Positions 37,514 through 45,994 of a stretch of 64,000 nt of DNA are shown here, piece by piece (the stretch's first letter is position 1; the number at the start of each line of letters is the position of its first letter). Under the pieces are notes generated by a model. That model was not told the DNA's origin. It saw only the letters and a list, made by a program, of their open reading frames with translations, and made no database searches. The translations under genes were made by a program, and so were the position numbers. The stretch is taken from positions 186,001 through 250,000 of IMG/VR virus record IMGVR_UViG_3300049460_000312; one strand, 5' to 3'.

Positions 37514-37686
37514 CGTTCTTCCTCATGTGGGTGCATGCGATAAAATAACCCTCCGAGTAAGAATTAGCAGCGCGCCCGCATTCTGTAGCCGCCACAACCC
37601 AATCCCGGTGGCTAGTTACATTCCATTTAACCTGGGTCGCTGTTCAGCTCGTTGGTTGAGGAAGTGCCGGTAACGCCCGCAGTACC

Positions 37687-37756
37687 TGCTCTGGTAGTAG
37701 ATTGGAATAACGCCGGTTACGACCCGGAAAAGTGGGTTCGATTCCCATCCAGGCAG
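37687..37756 (+). tRNA. tRNA-Arg(ACG)-like element, degenerate, no encoded CCA
   Basis: T-arm GTGGG-TTCGATT-CCCAT; anticodon arm CCGG-TTACGAC-CCGG; acceptor TGC(T)CTGG/CCAGGCA with a bulge; weak D-stem. Confidence 0.5.
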
Positions 37757-37765
37757 TGTCACAGC

Positions 37766-37810
37766 AAAAAAAAAAATAAAGCAGGGAGGCCGAAGCCTCC
37801 CTTTATGCCG
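37766..37810. terminator. Bidirectional terminator with TTATGCCG
   Basis: A-run, GGGAGGC/GCCTCCC stem, TTTATGCCG. Confidence 0.8.
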
Positions 37811-37814
37811 CTGA

Positions 37815-38165
37815 TTACCAGTAACGGGCATCCCCGGGCTTCTCGTACACCTGCACCTCGTGGTCTGCGTTACGCGTGTAGCGATGCAGTTCTTTCGAGA
37901 CCTGTTGACGATAAGTCCGTTCTGCCGTATTGCGATAGCTCCAGGGCACACTCGCGTGAAGGTATTCCTTGGTCAGGCAATCGCCGCGCTTCTTGCGAAG
38001 TTTGGCGTACTCGACTTTGGACAGCATTTCCTGCGCCGCCTTCCATCCGCCCGATGCGACTGGAATCCAGTGCAGATCCCACAGATAACCGCCGTCCACC
38101 GGACGGGAGTTATCGATGCAGTATTCGAGTGTACGGCTGGCGTTGCTGCGATAGGTGCGAGACAT
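37815..38165 (-). CDS. Basic hypothetical protein
   Basis: RBS GGAG before MSRTY. Confidence 0.55.
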   Translation of the reverse strand: MSRTYRSNASRTLEYCIDNSRPVDGGYLWDLHWIPVASGGWKAAQEMLSKVEYAKLRKKRGDCLTKEYLHASVPWSYRNTAERTYRQQVSKELHRYTRNADHEVQVYEKPGDARYW

Positions 38166-38256
38166 GGTTTTCTCCGAATGAAGGGCACATTCGGGTACTG
38201 GCATGCCAGCGTGTGGCGACGTGATACATGAGAGACTCCAAAGTTGGACTACAGTA

Positions 38257-38928
38257 TTACAGGTCGTGAAGCATCGCGATCAGTTCCTGATACTGGGCAC
38301 GCGTCCAGCTCGCCAGCATCTGGTGCTGGGTGTTGTCTGCCTGCAGCTCTTCACGGAATTCGATCGTGCTGGCGTCACCATTCAATAACTTGGCGACACC
38401 ATTCGAAAACGGTGTGGTGGTGCAGCCGAGCCATTGGCTGAAGTGGAAGAGCCAGTAGCATTCGCCAATCGTCAGCGGCAGCGGTTCCTTGCTGTTAAAG
38501 CGCTGATGAAACAGCGCGGTGTGACGTGTGGTCGGCGCTGTCTGGTAGTTGGTGAACACGTTCTTGCGAGCGTACTCGGCGAGCAGGAAGCGATCGAAGT
38601 CCGGATCGTTCGAAGCGATCAAACGCATGACTTCGTTGCTGCCCATATACAGATCGCGCGCCAGGTGACTCGGCACACAGACGAGGTAACGAGCGACTTT
38701 CACGTTGGCAGCGAGGGTATCGAACATCTCGTAGATACCGAGCTGCAGCGTGTGACGGGTCATCTCGACGTGTTCGAGATCGCGCTGTTCTTCAAGCGAC
38801 AGGGTGTTCCAGTTCGCAGGACGCGGGCGCGTGACCAGCGCGCCACGACTGGCCGCGCTGCGCTGAATCGCTTGTTCGAACTTTTCAGCCAGCGCCTTGG
38901 TCTTTTCTTGGGTGGTGATGATGCTCAT
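38257..38928 (-). CDS. Hypothetical protein
   Basis: RBS AAGGAG before ATG at 38928. Confidence 0.7.
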   Translation of the reverse strand: MSIITTQEKTKALAEKFEQAIQRSAASRGALVTRPRPANWNTLSLEEQRDLEHVEMTRHTLQLGIYEMFDTLAANVKVARYLVCVPSHLARDLYMGSNEVMRLIASNDPDFDRFLLAEYARKNVFTNYQTAPTTRHTALFHQRFNSKEPLPLTIGECYWLFHFSQWLGCTTTPFSNGVAKLLNGDASTIEFREELQADNTQHQMLASWTRAQYQELIAMLHDL

Positions 38929-39007
38929 GGTAAAACTCCTTTGTGGTGAGAGAACAGAGGGATTGAACGGCATAAAGGCCCAGAGCCAAAGCCCTGGGCA
39001 GACAGCA

Positions 39008-39361
39008 TTACAGGAACACCAGTAGCACGTGTGCCGTGGCCGGATTCTCCAGCACCGTGATGACGAGCTCATACCCCGCTTCAGGATGCTGCGCCAGCGC
39101 CCACTTGCTGCTGGTGGCGCGCAAGCCCGTGCGACCGAAGGTGAGCGGCTTGAGGAGGTCGAACGGCAGCACGACGTTACCCTGCTTCTCGGCCGCCTGC
39201 AGGTACGCCAGCGTATCGGTCACCAGCTCCTGGATGTTCAACGACGTGCCACGAAAATCGATGGTGGCGACGTCCAGCTGCAGCGCGTCGTGCTGATGGA
39301 CCAGCTGGACGTCATGAGGGTCGGGGATGATCTGATGCAGATCGATAACAGCAATACTCAC
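39008..39361 (-). CDS. Conserved hypothetical protein
   Basis: GTG start with RBS AGGAG. Confidence 0.6.
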   Translation of the reverse strand: MSIAVIDLHQIIPDPHDVQLVHQHDALQLDVATIDFRGTSLNIQELVTDTLAYLQAAEKQGNVVLPFDLLKPLTFGRTGLRATSSKWALAQHPEAGYELVITVLENPATAHVLLVFL

Positions 39362-39387
39362 GGGGAAGACTCCTGGAGGGGGGGGGG

Positions 39388-39717
39388 TTAGAGCAGACAG
39401 CGTTTGAGCGTGGGATTGGAAATCAGACGACCCTTCACCTTGCCTTGTTGTGCCAGTTCAGCCGCTGCCGTGTGTTCACCTAACAGCACGACGAACTTGC
39501 CTTCAAATTTGGCGAACACAGGTTCCCGATAGAAGAGCTTGGCGCGCACCCGGTCAGTCAGCTTGTCCCGAGGTTCCACATTGGCTTGGTGCGACAACGC
39601 AGCCTGCGGGACTTCCACCGCCGGTGCCATGGCCAGATGAGCCAGCACTGCCTCAGCATTGTACTGGTGACCCTTGAACGCGATAAATGGCTTGGCCTTC
39701 AGAGTGAGGGTAGTCAT
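39388..39717 (-). CDS. Conserved hypothetical protein
   Basis: RBS AAGGA. Confidence 0.65.
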   Translation of the reverse strand: MTTLTLKAKPFIAFKGHQYNAEAVLAHLAMAPAVEVPQAALSHQANVEPRDKLTDRVRAKLFYREPVFAKFEGKFVVLLGEHTAAAELAQQGKVKGRLISNPTLKRCLL

Positions 39718-39746
39718 GATTTCCTTTGGAAGTTAAGGCGAATTAC

Positions 39747-41093
39747 TCAGACACTGAGCGTGTCTGCTTTGCTACGAAACACTTCGTCAGCAGCAGGCGT
39801 CGATGACGTGACAGCCTGCACAAAACCTTCTGGGTCGTCCTCGTGCTCACTGAAGAAGGCGCTGATGTCGCAGGCCCGCAGCGAGCGCTCAATGGGCGTA
39901 TACGCCGGCCAGGAGCGTCCGTAGGACTTCTCGTAATACTCCATGATCGAGCGGGGTTCCATCCGACCCACTTCAATCAGACACGTCACGCGACCCGGGC
40001 GATACAGAGCAGGATCAATCTGCTCCAGATGGTTGGTGGTGAAAATCACCACGCAATCCGTGACCTCTGTGGGTGACTGCAGACTCGCCAGCATGCGACC
40101 CAAAACCGGATCATCGTCCATGATGAATTCACCAGGCTTTGGTTCAGTTTTCTGACGCTTACGCAGCCCCTGCATATAGGTGTCGAAATCATCCATCAAA
40201 AGGACAGGCACTTCCCCTTCAGTGATGTTCTCGCGCGCGGCGTAGACCATCTCGGAGAGCAGTACCGGATTGTGTCCGGAGCTGCTGATGGCGTTGACCA
40301 CAAAAAGCGAAGTCCGTAAACGCCAGGCGATATACTCCGCCAGTGCGGACTTACCGGTGCCGGGCTCACCATACAGCATGATCACGAGCTTGTGCGGGAA
40401 GTCCATCCTATTCTTCTTCTCGCGATGCCGAAGAAAAGTATCGATAGCTTCATCGATCTGCTGCTTGACCTTGTGGTCCAGTGCTAGAATGGGTAGCCCG
40501 GTAAAATTACGCTGACGCATGGCTTTAGGCTCAGCGCTCGACCACGGCGGCGTGATCAACTGATAGATACCAGGCACGGTATATTCACGCGCACTTTCAC
40601 CCAGCACCTCCAGAATCCGCTTGCGATGCATGCGCAGCGAGGTCAATGACAGGGTGATGATGCGGCGTTGCTTCTCGCCCTTTTGCTGCTGTTCCTGCCG
40701 CCGCGACACCCAGATCCAGGCGCCAGCATAATAGAAGAAGAAACCGCCATCGGCCAGCGTCTCAGCGAGCCGTTTCTTACGGGTGGTGAGGCGCGCGGTC
40801 GAACGTTGTCCGGAGATCCGTTTCTGGAGCGCATGCTCAAACTTCTCTGCCACCATCTGGATCATGGTGCGACCATCATCGTAGTCGTACTCGATGTAAT
40901 ACGTGAAGACCACGAAGCGACGGGCAGCGAACCAGAACTTCTTGGGTAAGCCCCGCGCGAAATACGCAATCGATGCAAAGATGGACGCTGTCGCTGCCCC
41001 GGCGATAAGCGGATTACCATTCAGCGCACTGGAGACCCAGCCCGTGAACATACCTACTAACTGCTGGACCTGCATAAGGGAGCTTGAAATCAT
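39747..41093 (-). CDS. BCS1-like membrane-anchored AAA+ ATPase
   Basis: N-terminal TM (NPLIAGAATASIFASIAYF), Walker A GEPGTGKS, Walker B LLMDDFD, SRH TTNHLEQIDPALYRPGR. Confidence 0.85.
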   Translation of the reverse strand: MISSSLMQVQQLVGMFTGWVSSALNGNPLIAGAATASIFASIAYFARGLPKKFWFAARRFVVFTYYIEYDYDDGRTMIQMVAEKFEHALQKRISGQRSTARLTTRKKRLAETLADGGFFFYYAGAWIWVSRRQEQQQKGEKQRRIITLSLTSLRMHRKRILEVLGESAREYTVPGIYQLITPPWSSAEPKAMRQRNFTGLPILALDHKVKQQIDEAIDTFLRHREKKNRMDFPHKLVIMLYGEPGTGKSALAEYIAWRLRTSLFVVNAISSSGHNPVLLSEMVYAARENITEGEVPVLLMDDFDTYMQGLRKRQKTEPKPGEFIMDDDPVLGRMLASLQSPTEVTDCVVIFTTNHLEQIDPALYRPGRVTCLIEVGRMEPRSIMEYYEKSYGRSWPAYTPIERSLRACDISAFFSEHEDDPEGFVQAVTSSTPAADEVFRSKADTLSV

Positions 41094-41189
41094 GTTGTTC
41101 TCACAGGGGATATTAGGATTGGTCTACTAACAAATCCCCTTGGTCGGTAAAAAGACGGCATAAGAGGCGGGTTACCCCGCCCCTCATGT

Positions 41190-41789
41190 TTAAGCCGCCA
41201 TGGCTTCGTAGCTGTAGTCCAACGTGAGACTGAGTACCGATTTGCCAGCCACCATAAAGGCGACGTGCATGCCGGTCTGTGTGGGCGTGAAGCGCACGTG
41301 ATGCGGCGTGGTCGCGTCTTTCGGCTTGACTGACGTTCGCAGGGCTTTAAAACCTTCCACAGCGTAATGGGAAAAGCGCGGATTGGCCATCAGCACTTCA
41401 TGCGCCTTAGCCCACTCCACACTCTTACCGAGCAGTGACAAGTCATGCTTGCGTGGCACCACAGGCTCACGTACCACGTCGGTATAGACCGCCAGACTCT
41501 CACCACGTTCAGCCACCAGCACATTCACCACCTGAGAGACCGTCTCGTTTGAGCACAACGCAATGCGCAGTACTGGCACGCTCGTATGTTCGCGACTCTC
41601 CCAGGTCTGGATATGGAAGCCGCGTGTCTTGGCCTGTTTCCACAAACGATCCAGCGCATCCCACAGCGCACGCATGACCAGACCGTTATCGAACTCGTGA
41701 TCGAATCCCGCATCCCGGAATGTGTACATCAATTCCATTACATCCTTGAACTGCTTGCCGTTAAAGGCTTTGAGCTTACTCGTGGTCAT
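41190..41789 (-). CDS. Hypothetical protein
   Basis: 199 aa; ends in EAMAA. Confidence 0.65.
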   Translation of the reverse strand: MTTSKLKAFNGKQFKDVMELMYTFRDAGFDHEFDNGLVMRALWDALDRLWKQAKTRGFHIQTWESREHTSVPVLRIALCSNETVSQVVNVLVAERGESLAVYTDVVREPVVPRKHDLSLLGKSVEWAKAHEVLMANPRFSHYAVEGFKALRTSVKPKDATTPHHVRFTPTQTGMHVAFMVAGKSVLSLTLDYSYEAMAA

Positions 41790-41819
41790 GGCGGTCTAGT
41801 CCTCAAAGACTACATCCAG

Positions 41820-42473
41820 TTATCCCCATGGATGCCAGTTGGCGTCCCGGTCCTTTTTCTCTGCAGCCACCAGCGCTTCGACCTCGGGCAAAGTCCACGG
41901 CGGTTCGAAGTCTGGGTCTTGCTGATAGCACTGAAACGGGGTGAGCTCACCCGTCGCAAGCTTTTCTTTCTGCTCGCGCGAATATTCGTGGTGTTTCGGA
42001 TGCCGGCTGTCACTGACGAAACCGTGATCCCCATCGTAGCGCATGCCTTGGCGCTCCACAAACTGCTTGCCGTCATAAACGAGCACGCTTTCCCACCAGG
42101 AGTCTTCCCCGGCTTCGCGCATCAGGATGTCGCCTTCAGTGAGCACCAGGTACTGTTCGATGCCGAACATCAGGGAGGCGAAGAGTTGCATGTTCGGGTG
42201 CTTGGTGGCGGCCCGGCTTTGATACAGCCAGTAGTCACCGCAGTCTTCCTTCACGCGCCACTTATACGTCTTGAAGATCACATCCTCGATACAGCTCGTG
42301 AGGCGCTGTAGGAGCGGGATAGCGTCCTGCACGAACGCGCTCTGTGCATCGGTCATCGGATAGACCGATTCACCTTCCTCCAGCTCGAACACGCGGTCCA
42401 GAAATTGATACACCTCTTTAGGTGCAAACTTCCGGACCTTGATACGCGTTGCGATGGCAGTGTAGTAACCCAT
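41820..42473 (-). CDS. Hypothetical protein, paralogue of 42905-43516
   Basis: Shares ATR.K.RK.AP, WRVKE..G..W.Y.SRAA and GDIL motifs with the paralogue. Confidence 0.7.
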   Translation of the reverse strand: MGYYTAIATRIKVRKFAPKEVYQFLDRVFELEEGESVYPMTDAQSAFVQDAIPLLQRLTSCIEDVIFKTYKWRVKEDCGDYWLYQSRAATKHPNMQLFASLMFGIEQYLVLTEGDILMREAGEDSWWESVLVYDGKQFVERQGMRYDGDHGFVSDSRHPKHHEYSREQKEKLATGELTPFQCYQQDPDFEPPWTLPEVEALVAAEKKDRDANWHPWG

Positions 42474-42480
42474 ATTAGCC

Positions 42481-42891
42481 TCAGATAAGTGAAAGGAGGG
42501 TGTAGTCGTTTGGTGAGAGCCTGTAATGGTCAGGGTCTAATCCCTGCTCATCAAAGCTTCCGTACGGCTTACCCTGATCCAGCGTTTCGAGCGCCATGGT
42601 CTTAATCTTGAAACCACCAAAGCGCAACCGATCAATGCCTCGGGAATGACCGATCCACAGCACAGCTTTCTTGTTCGGCACGGTGTGAGGTGCGCCTTCG
42701 TCGAACTCCACCTCAAAGCCGCGCTTTTCCAGGATAACCCGGATCTCGTTATAGAACGCGTCAGCCAACGGCTGGATCTTGGGATCGTCCAGATATTTCG
42801 GATTACCCTTGATTACCACCGCCAGAGGTTTCTTCTCGACCAGTCCTTCCAGACCGGCGACACTCAGCACTGCTTTCAGAAAGCTTTTCAT
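42481..42891 (-). CDS. Small alpha/beta protein with GxSxG (GHSRG) motif
   Basis: AVLWIGHSRG nucleophile-elbow-like motif. Confidence 0.6.
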   Translation of the reverse strand: MKSFLKAVLSVAGLEGLVEKKPLAVVIKGNPKYLDDPKIQPLADAFYNEIRVILEKRGFEVEFDEGAPHTVPNKKAVLWIGHSRGIDRLRFGGFKIKTMALETLDQGKPYGSFDEQGLDPDHYRLSPNDYTLLSLI

Positions 42892-42904
42892 TCCTTGTTT
42901 TCCT

Positions 42905-43516
42905 TTAAGCCGCCTTTTCTACCGCGTCCAGTAGACGGGTATTCCAGGGCGGCACAAAACCTTCACAGGCCGCCTTACGGGAGGTACGGCTAATGGCCCC
43001 ACAGAGGATCTGGGTGCGCTGGTCCTGCGGGTATTTGAAGTGGGTCGGATGGCGTTCGTCATCCAGCGTCTCCGAGAAACCCCGGAAGCTGGCGTTGTAT
43101 TCGAAACCAATCGACTCGATGAACTTCATGCTCCAGTGACAGAGGACGATTTCCCGCACACTTGTAGTGTAGAGTTTACGGGCGAGGATGTCTCCGTCTT
43201 TCACAATCAGCCACGGCTGAATCGAGCGCAGCAACATCGCGAAGAGGTCGAGACTGCCAAAGTGGCAGGCTGCCCGACTTTCATAGACCCAGTGATTGCC
43301 CTTGTTCTCTTTCACCCGCCAGCCCCAGGTCTCGAACGACTCAGCGCCCGAGGTCAGCATCGTGCGCAGTGTCGAGCTGTTGTGCAGACCCAGTAACGAG
43401 TCTTTGAACTCCGGCGGATTCGTGATGCCATACAACTGATCCAGCATGGCGATGGTCCGCGCCGGAGCTGACTTGCGGATTTTCAAGCGGGTAGCGACAC
43501 CTTCATAAGCACTCAT
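42905..43516 (-). CDS. Hypothetical protein, paralogue of 41820-42473
   Basis: See the paralogue; ends in VEKAA. Confidence 0.7.
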   Translation of the reverse strand: MSAYEGVATRLKIRKSAPARTIAMLDQLYGITNPPEFKDSLLGLHNSSTLRTMLTSGAESFETWGWRVKENKGNHWVYESRAACHFGSLDLFAMLLRSIQPWLIVKDGDILARKLYTTSVREIVLCHWSMKFIESIGFEYNASFRGFSETLDDERHPTHFKYPQDQRTQILCGAISRTSRKAACEGFVPPWNTRLLDAVEKAA

Positions 43517-43546
43517 TGGTAAGACCTTTCAGATATATTCCACGTA

Positions 43547-43554
43547 GTAATATA
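43547..43554 (-). promoter_or_regulatory. Early promoter core (TATATTAC)
   Basis: Exact match to the phiKZ early consensus, 31 nt upstream of the ATG. Confidence 0.65.
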
Positions 43555-43689
43555 CGCCCAACGGAAAGTTAGAATCAATTCCACACTATAAATTGGACAA
43601 TGCCTATAAAATTTGACGGCATAAAAAAGGGAGAGGGCCAATGCCCTCTCCCGGAGTGCATTGCCTCGCGGGAACGTTCCACCAAACGT

Positions 43690-44412
43690 CCCGAGATTCA
43701 ACCCGCAAACAAACCACAGCTGAACGACGCCACCAGTCTTAGTGAGCGCGGGGAGGGGATACGGGCCCATCTACCTATCTTACCCCTCCCCACCGCCTCG
43801 TCCCAGGTCACCATCAAACCTGAGCGGAGTGTGGCTAAGCCCACTCACTACCCTCATTGTTCTCCGCACCCGTAAGTGCATTGGGTCAGCTCCCAACTCA
43901 ATGAAGGAACTACGCTCGTTCTAACGTAGCTTTGCTTTTTACCGCATACCAAGATAGCGGTGTTGACCTCTCCTCGTTTGCTTGGGTCTTCGAGGTTTCG
44001 CAATACCCATATCCTTCTCAGATAGGCTGGTGCTGCTGAGGTAGAGACATGCTGACGCCACTGGCGGACCTGCACTTTTCCCTACGCTGCTGCTACCCAG
44101 GCTAGCCTTCTAAACTGATCCATGACCTTTGCATGGCTGCGTCGGCTCGTCTGCATTTGACTTTAATTGTCGATCCCAACCGCTACACTACCTTAGTTCG
44201 TTCGAGGTGTTGTCGGTCTTACTTATCCTACTACTGGTCCGATGACTCGGGTGGAGGAACCAGTGGCAGGCTGCCGCTGTAGGAGGAGCTGGTGATCGCC
44301 TGTCACTCACGCCAGACGAAAAATGTTACCGTTCAGAAAGATAGTCCACGAGCTGCCGAACATAAAAGTTCCATGCTGGCTTAGGGGGACATAATAATTA
44401 GGGAACTTTTTT
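43690..44412 (+). ncRNA. Candidate large structured RNA (about 700 nt)
   Basis: No credible ORF; many hairpins, a possible pseudoknot, and a terminal hairpin plus T6 on the + strand. Confidence 0.55.
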
Positions 44413-44470
44413 ACAGTTATCATACATAACAGCAAAAAAAAAGAACTCAGGTGGCCGAAGCCACCCAAGC

Positions 44471-44599
44471 TTACTTGAGCCAGTGCACCAAGAGAGCAAT
44501 CGCACCCAGAGCTACAACCAGCTTCAGCTTGTTCTTCTGCACTTGCACGTAGAACTCGGGTTCTTCTACGAGGCGAACGAAGACGGTACGCTTTTTCAT
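44471..44599 (-). CDS. 42-aa membrane micro-protein
   Basis: MKKRTVFVRLVEEPEFYVQVQKNKLKLVVALGAIALLVHWLK; ATGA overlap. Confidence 0.55.
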   Translation of the reverse strand: MKKRTVFVRLVEEPEFYVQVQKNKLKLVVALGAIALLVHWLK

Positions 44600-44763
44600 G
44601 TCAGGGCTTGCACTGCGGCGTGCAGTTCTTTGTTTTCCTTGAGCACGGCGTCCAGGCGAGAACCTGCGTCACGACACTCGGTACAGTTGCTGTGGATCAG
44701 ATGCTCGACAAGTTGTTCATCGGTGAACTCTTCGTCCAGGTCCTTCTGGTGACAAATCGTCAT
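44596..44763 (-). CDS. 55-aa protein with CxxC
   Basis: MTICHQKDLDEEF..HSNCTECRDAG..; RBS GGGAG. Confidence 0.55.
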   Translation of the reverse strand: MTICHQKDLDEEFTDEQLVEHLIHSNCTECRDAGSRLDAVLKENKELHAAVQALT

Positions 44764-44766
44764 GGC

Positions 44767-44880
44767 TTATCTCCCGTAAAGCGCGATCGCGCCGACCACT
44801 AGAAGAATAAGTGACGCGGTTGAAAGTAGCCGAGGCCAGAAGAACTCGGCCAGACTGACTTCGTGTTCTCCGACCCGCAT
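44767..44880 (-). CDS. 37-aa membrane micro-protein
   Basis: MRVGEHEVSLAEFFWPRLLSTASLILLVVGAIALYGR; TAATG overlap. Confidence 0.5.
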   Translation of the reverse strand: MRVGEHEVSLAEFFWPRLLSTASLILLVVGAIALYGR

Positions 44881-45107
44881 TACTGCCCCTCCGGCCACAT
44901 CAATGCATCAGCCTTGCCGGTGAACACCCGCCAGGCGGCCCGAAAGCGCGATACGATGCCAATGGCACATTGCGGTCGCATCGGCACCCACTTGCCATTG
45001 ATTTCGGTGGAGACTTCACGGGTACACTTGACCAGGCCTGCCAGGGTCCAGATCGTGGGTTCTTGTTTGAATTCCGGCCATAGTTTCAGTTTGCGCAACA
45101 ACTTCAT
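44880..45107 (-). CDS. Small hypothetical protein
   Basis: RBS AAGGA before MKLLRKL. Confidence 0.65.
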   Translation of the reverse strand: MKLLRKLKLWPEFKQEPTIWTLAGLVKCTREVSTEINGKWVPMRPQCAIGIVSRFRAAWRVFTGKADALMWPEGQ

Positions 45108-45413
45108 TTTTCTTTCCTTTGGTGTTGGTGACAAAAAATAACAGCATAAAGGAGCGCAGGGGGCGGCGATGACCCGAGGCTAACCCGTCCCCGTCCACCG
45201 CCGCCCTTCTCCTACACCGCCCTCCCCGGATTTGCCGGACGGAGGACTATTTTCGATCGCATGCACGAAAGGTCGCACTTCCGGATACTCCCGCGTAGGA
45301 AGCAATCCGACATGGCGTACCGCACGCGACCGACGTCGCGGGAACTCCCGCGAGGGTCAGCGCCGTCGGGTCTCTCTTCCCGGGGGCGCCAGACTCTTTA
45401 CTACAACAATACT

Positions 45414-45489
45414 TGGCTCCCCGGGTTGGACTTGAACCAACGACCAACGGATTAACAGTCCGCTACTCTACCGACTGAGCTACCAGGGA
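45414..45489 (-). tRNA. tRNA-Asn(GTT) with encoded CCA
   Basis: TCCCTGG/CCGGGGA acceptor, D-arm GCTC-AGTCGGTA-GAGT, anticodon loop CT-GTT-AA, T-loop TTCAAGT. Confidence 0.95.
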
Positions 45490-45505
45490 TCTACTACAGA
45501 AACAA

Positions 45506-45582
45506 TGGCGCGGCGTAGGGGACTTGAACCCCTGACCCCTGGCGTGACAGGCCAGTACTCTAACCAACTGAGCTAACACCGC
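45506..45582 (-). tRNA. tRNA-Asp(GTC) with encoded CCA
   Basis: GCGGTGT/ACGCCGC acceptor, anticodon loop CT-GTC-AC, T-loop TTCAAGT. Confidence 0.95.
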
Positions 45583-45596
45583 AAACTACAAAACAA

Positions 45597-45982
45597 GAGG
45601 CTATACTCCCAGGGGCGACAGTTCGTTCTCTCAACCGCCGCTAACGCCGCAGTCAACTCTCGATCCTGCCCTAGGGGCTATAGTCTCGCTGCTAACGAGT
45701 TAATAACTTGAAGTTCCGATTGATGGTCTTCCCTTCCTACACTTTGACGCAAGGGTATCAGCCTTCGTCTCATTGAGTCCCCGATGGGCGCGCCTCCTTT
45801 CGGTTAGCGCGCATGAGGCGATCGCGGCCTTTCGCCGCGCTCTACGTAGTTTCCGGCACCGTCCCCTTCGGGCGGCCGTGTCTTTGCCAGAACGCCAAAG
45901 TAGCTGCTTCAGGATTCTGGTAGAGCCGGATGCGAATGCTAGTGTGAGTCTTCGCATGTAATTGACCGAACGTGTATTTTTT
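45597..45982. ncRNA. Candidate structured RNA (about 380 nt) beside the tRNAs
   Basis: Dense hairpins with tetraloop-type loops and no credible ORF; strand ambiguous, + favoured. Confidence 0.5.
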
Positions 45983-45994
45983 CACTCAATCAGG

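Noticed and set aside
44231-44266. CCGATGA-stem-GAAC resembles a hammerhead core
   Set aside because: No stem I or NUH cleavage site, and two core positions deviate.
44041-44347. GAGAC (44044) and AAGATAGTCC (44338) resemble group I intron R/S elements; similar P7-like helix at 45597-45686
   Set aside because: P7 pairing is incomplete or P3-P6 context is missing, and no exon is interrupted. Left to cmscan.
45923-45966. GAGCCGGATGCG...CGCATGT resembles group II intron domain V
   Set aside because: Only the upper stem pairs. The lower helix partner (TCCGGTTC-like) is absent, there is no GNRA loop, no D6 or splice junction, and no interrupted gene.
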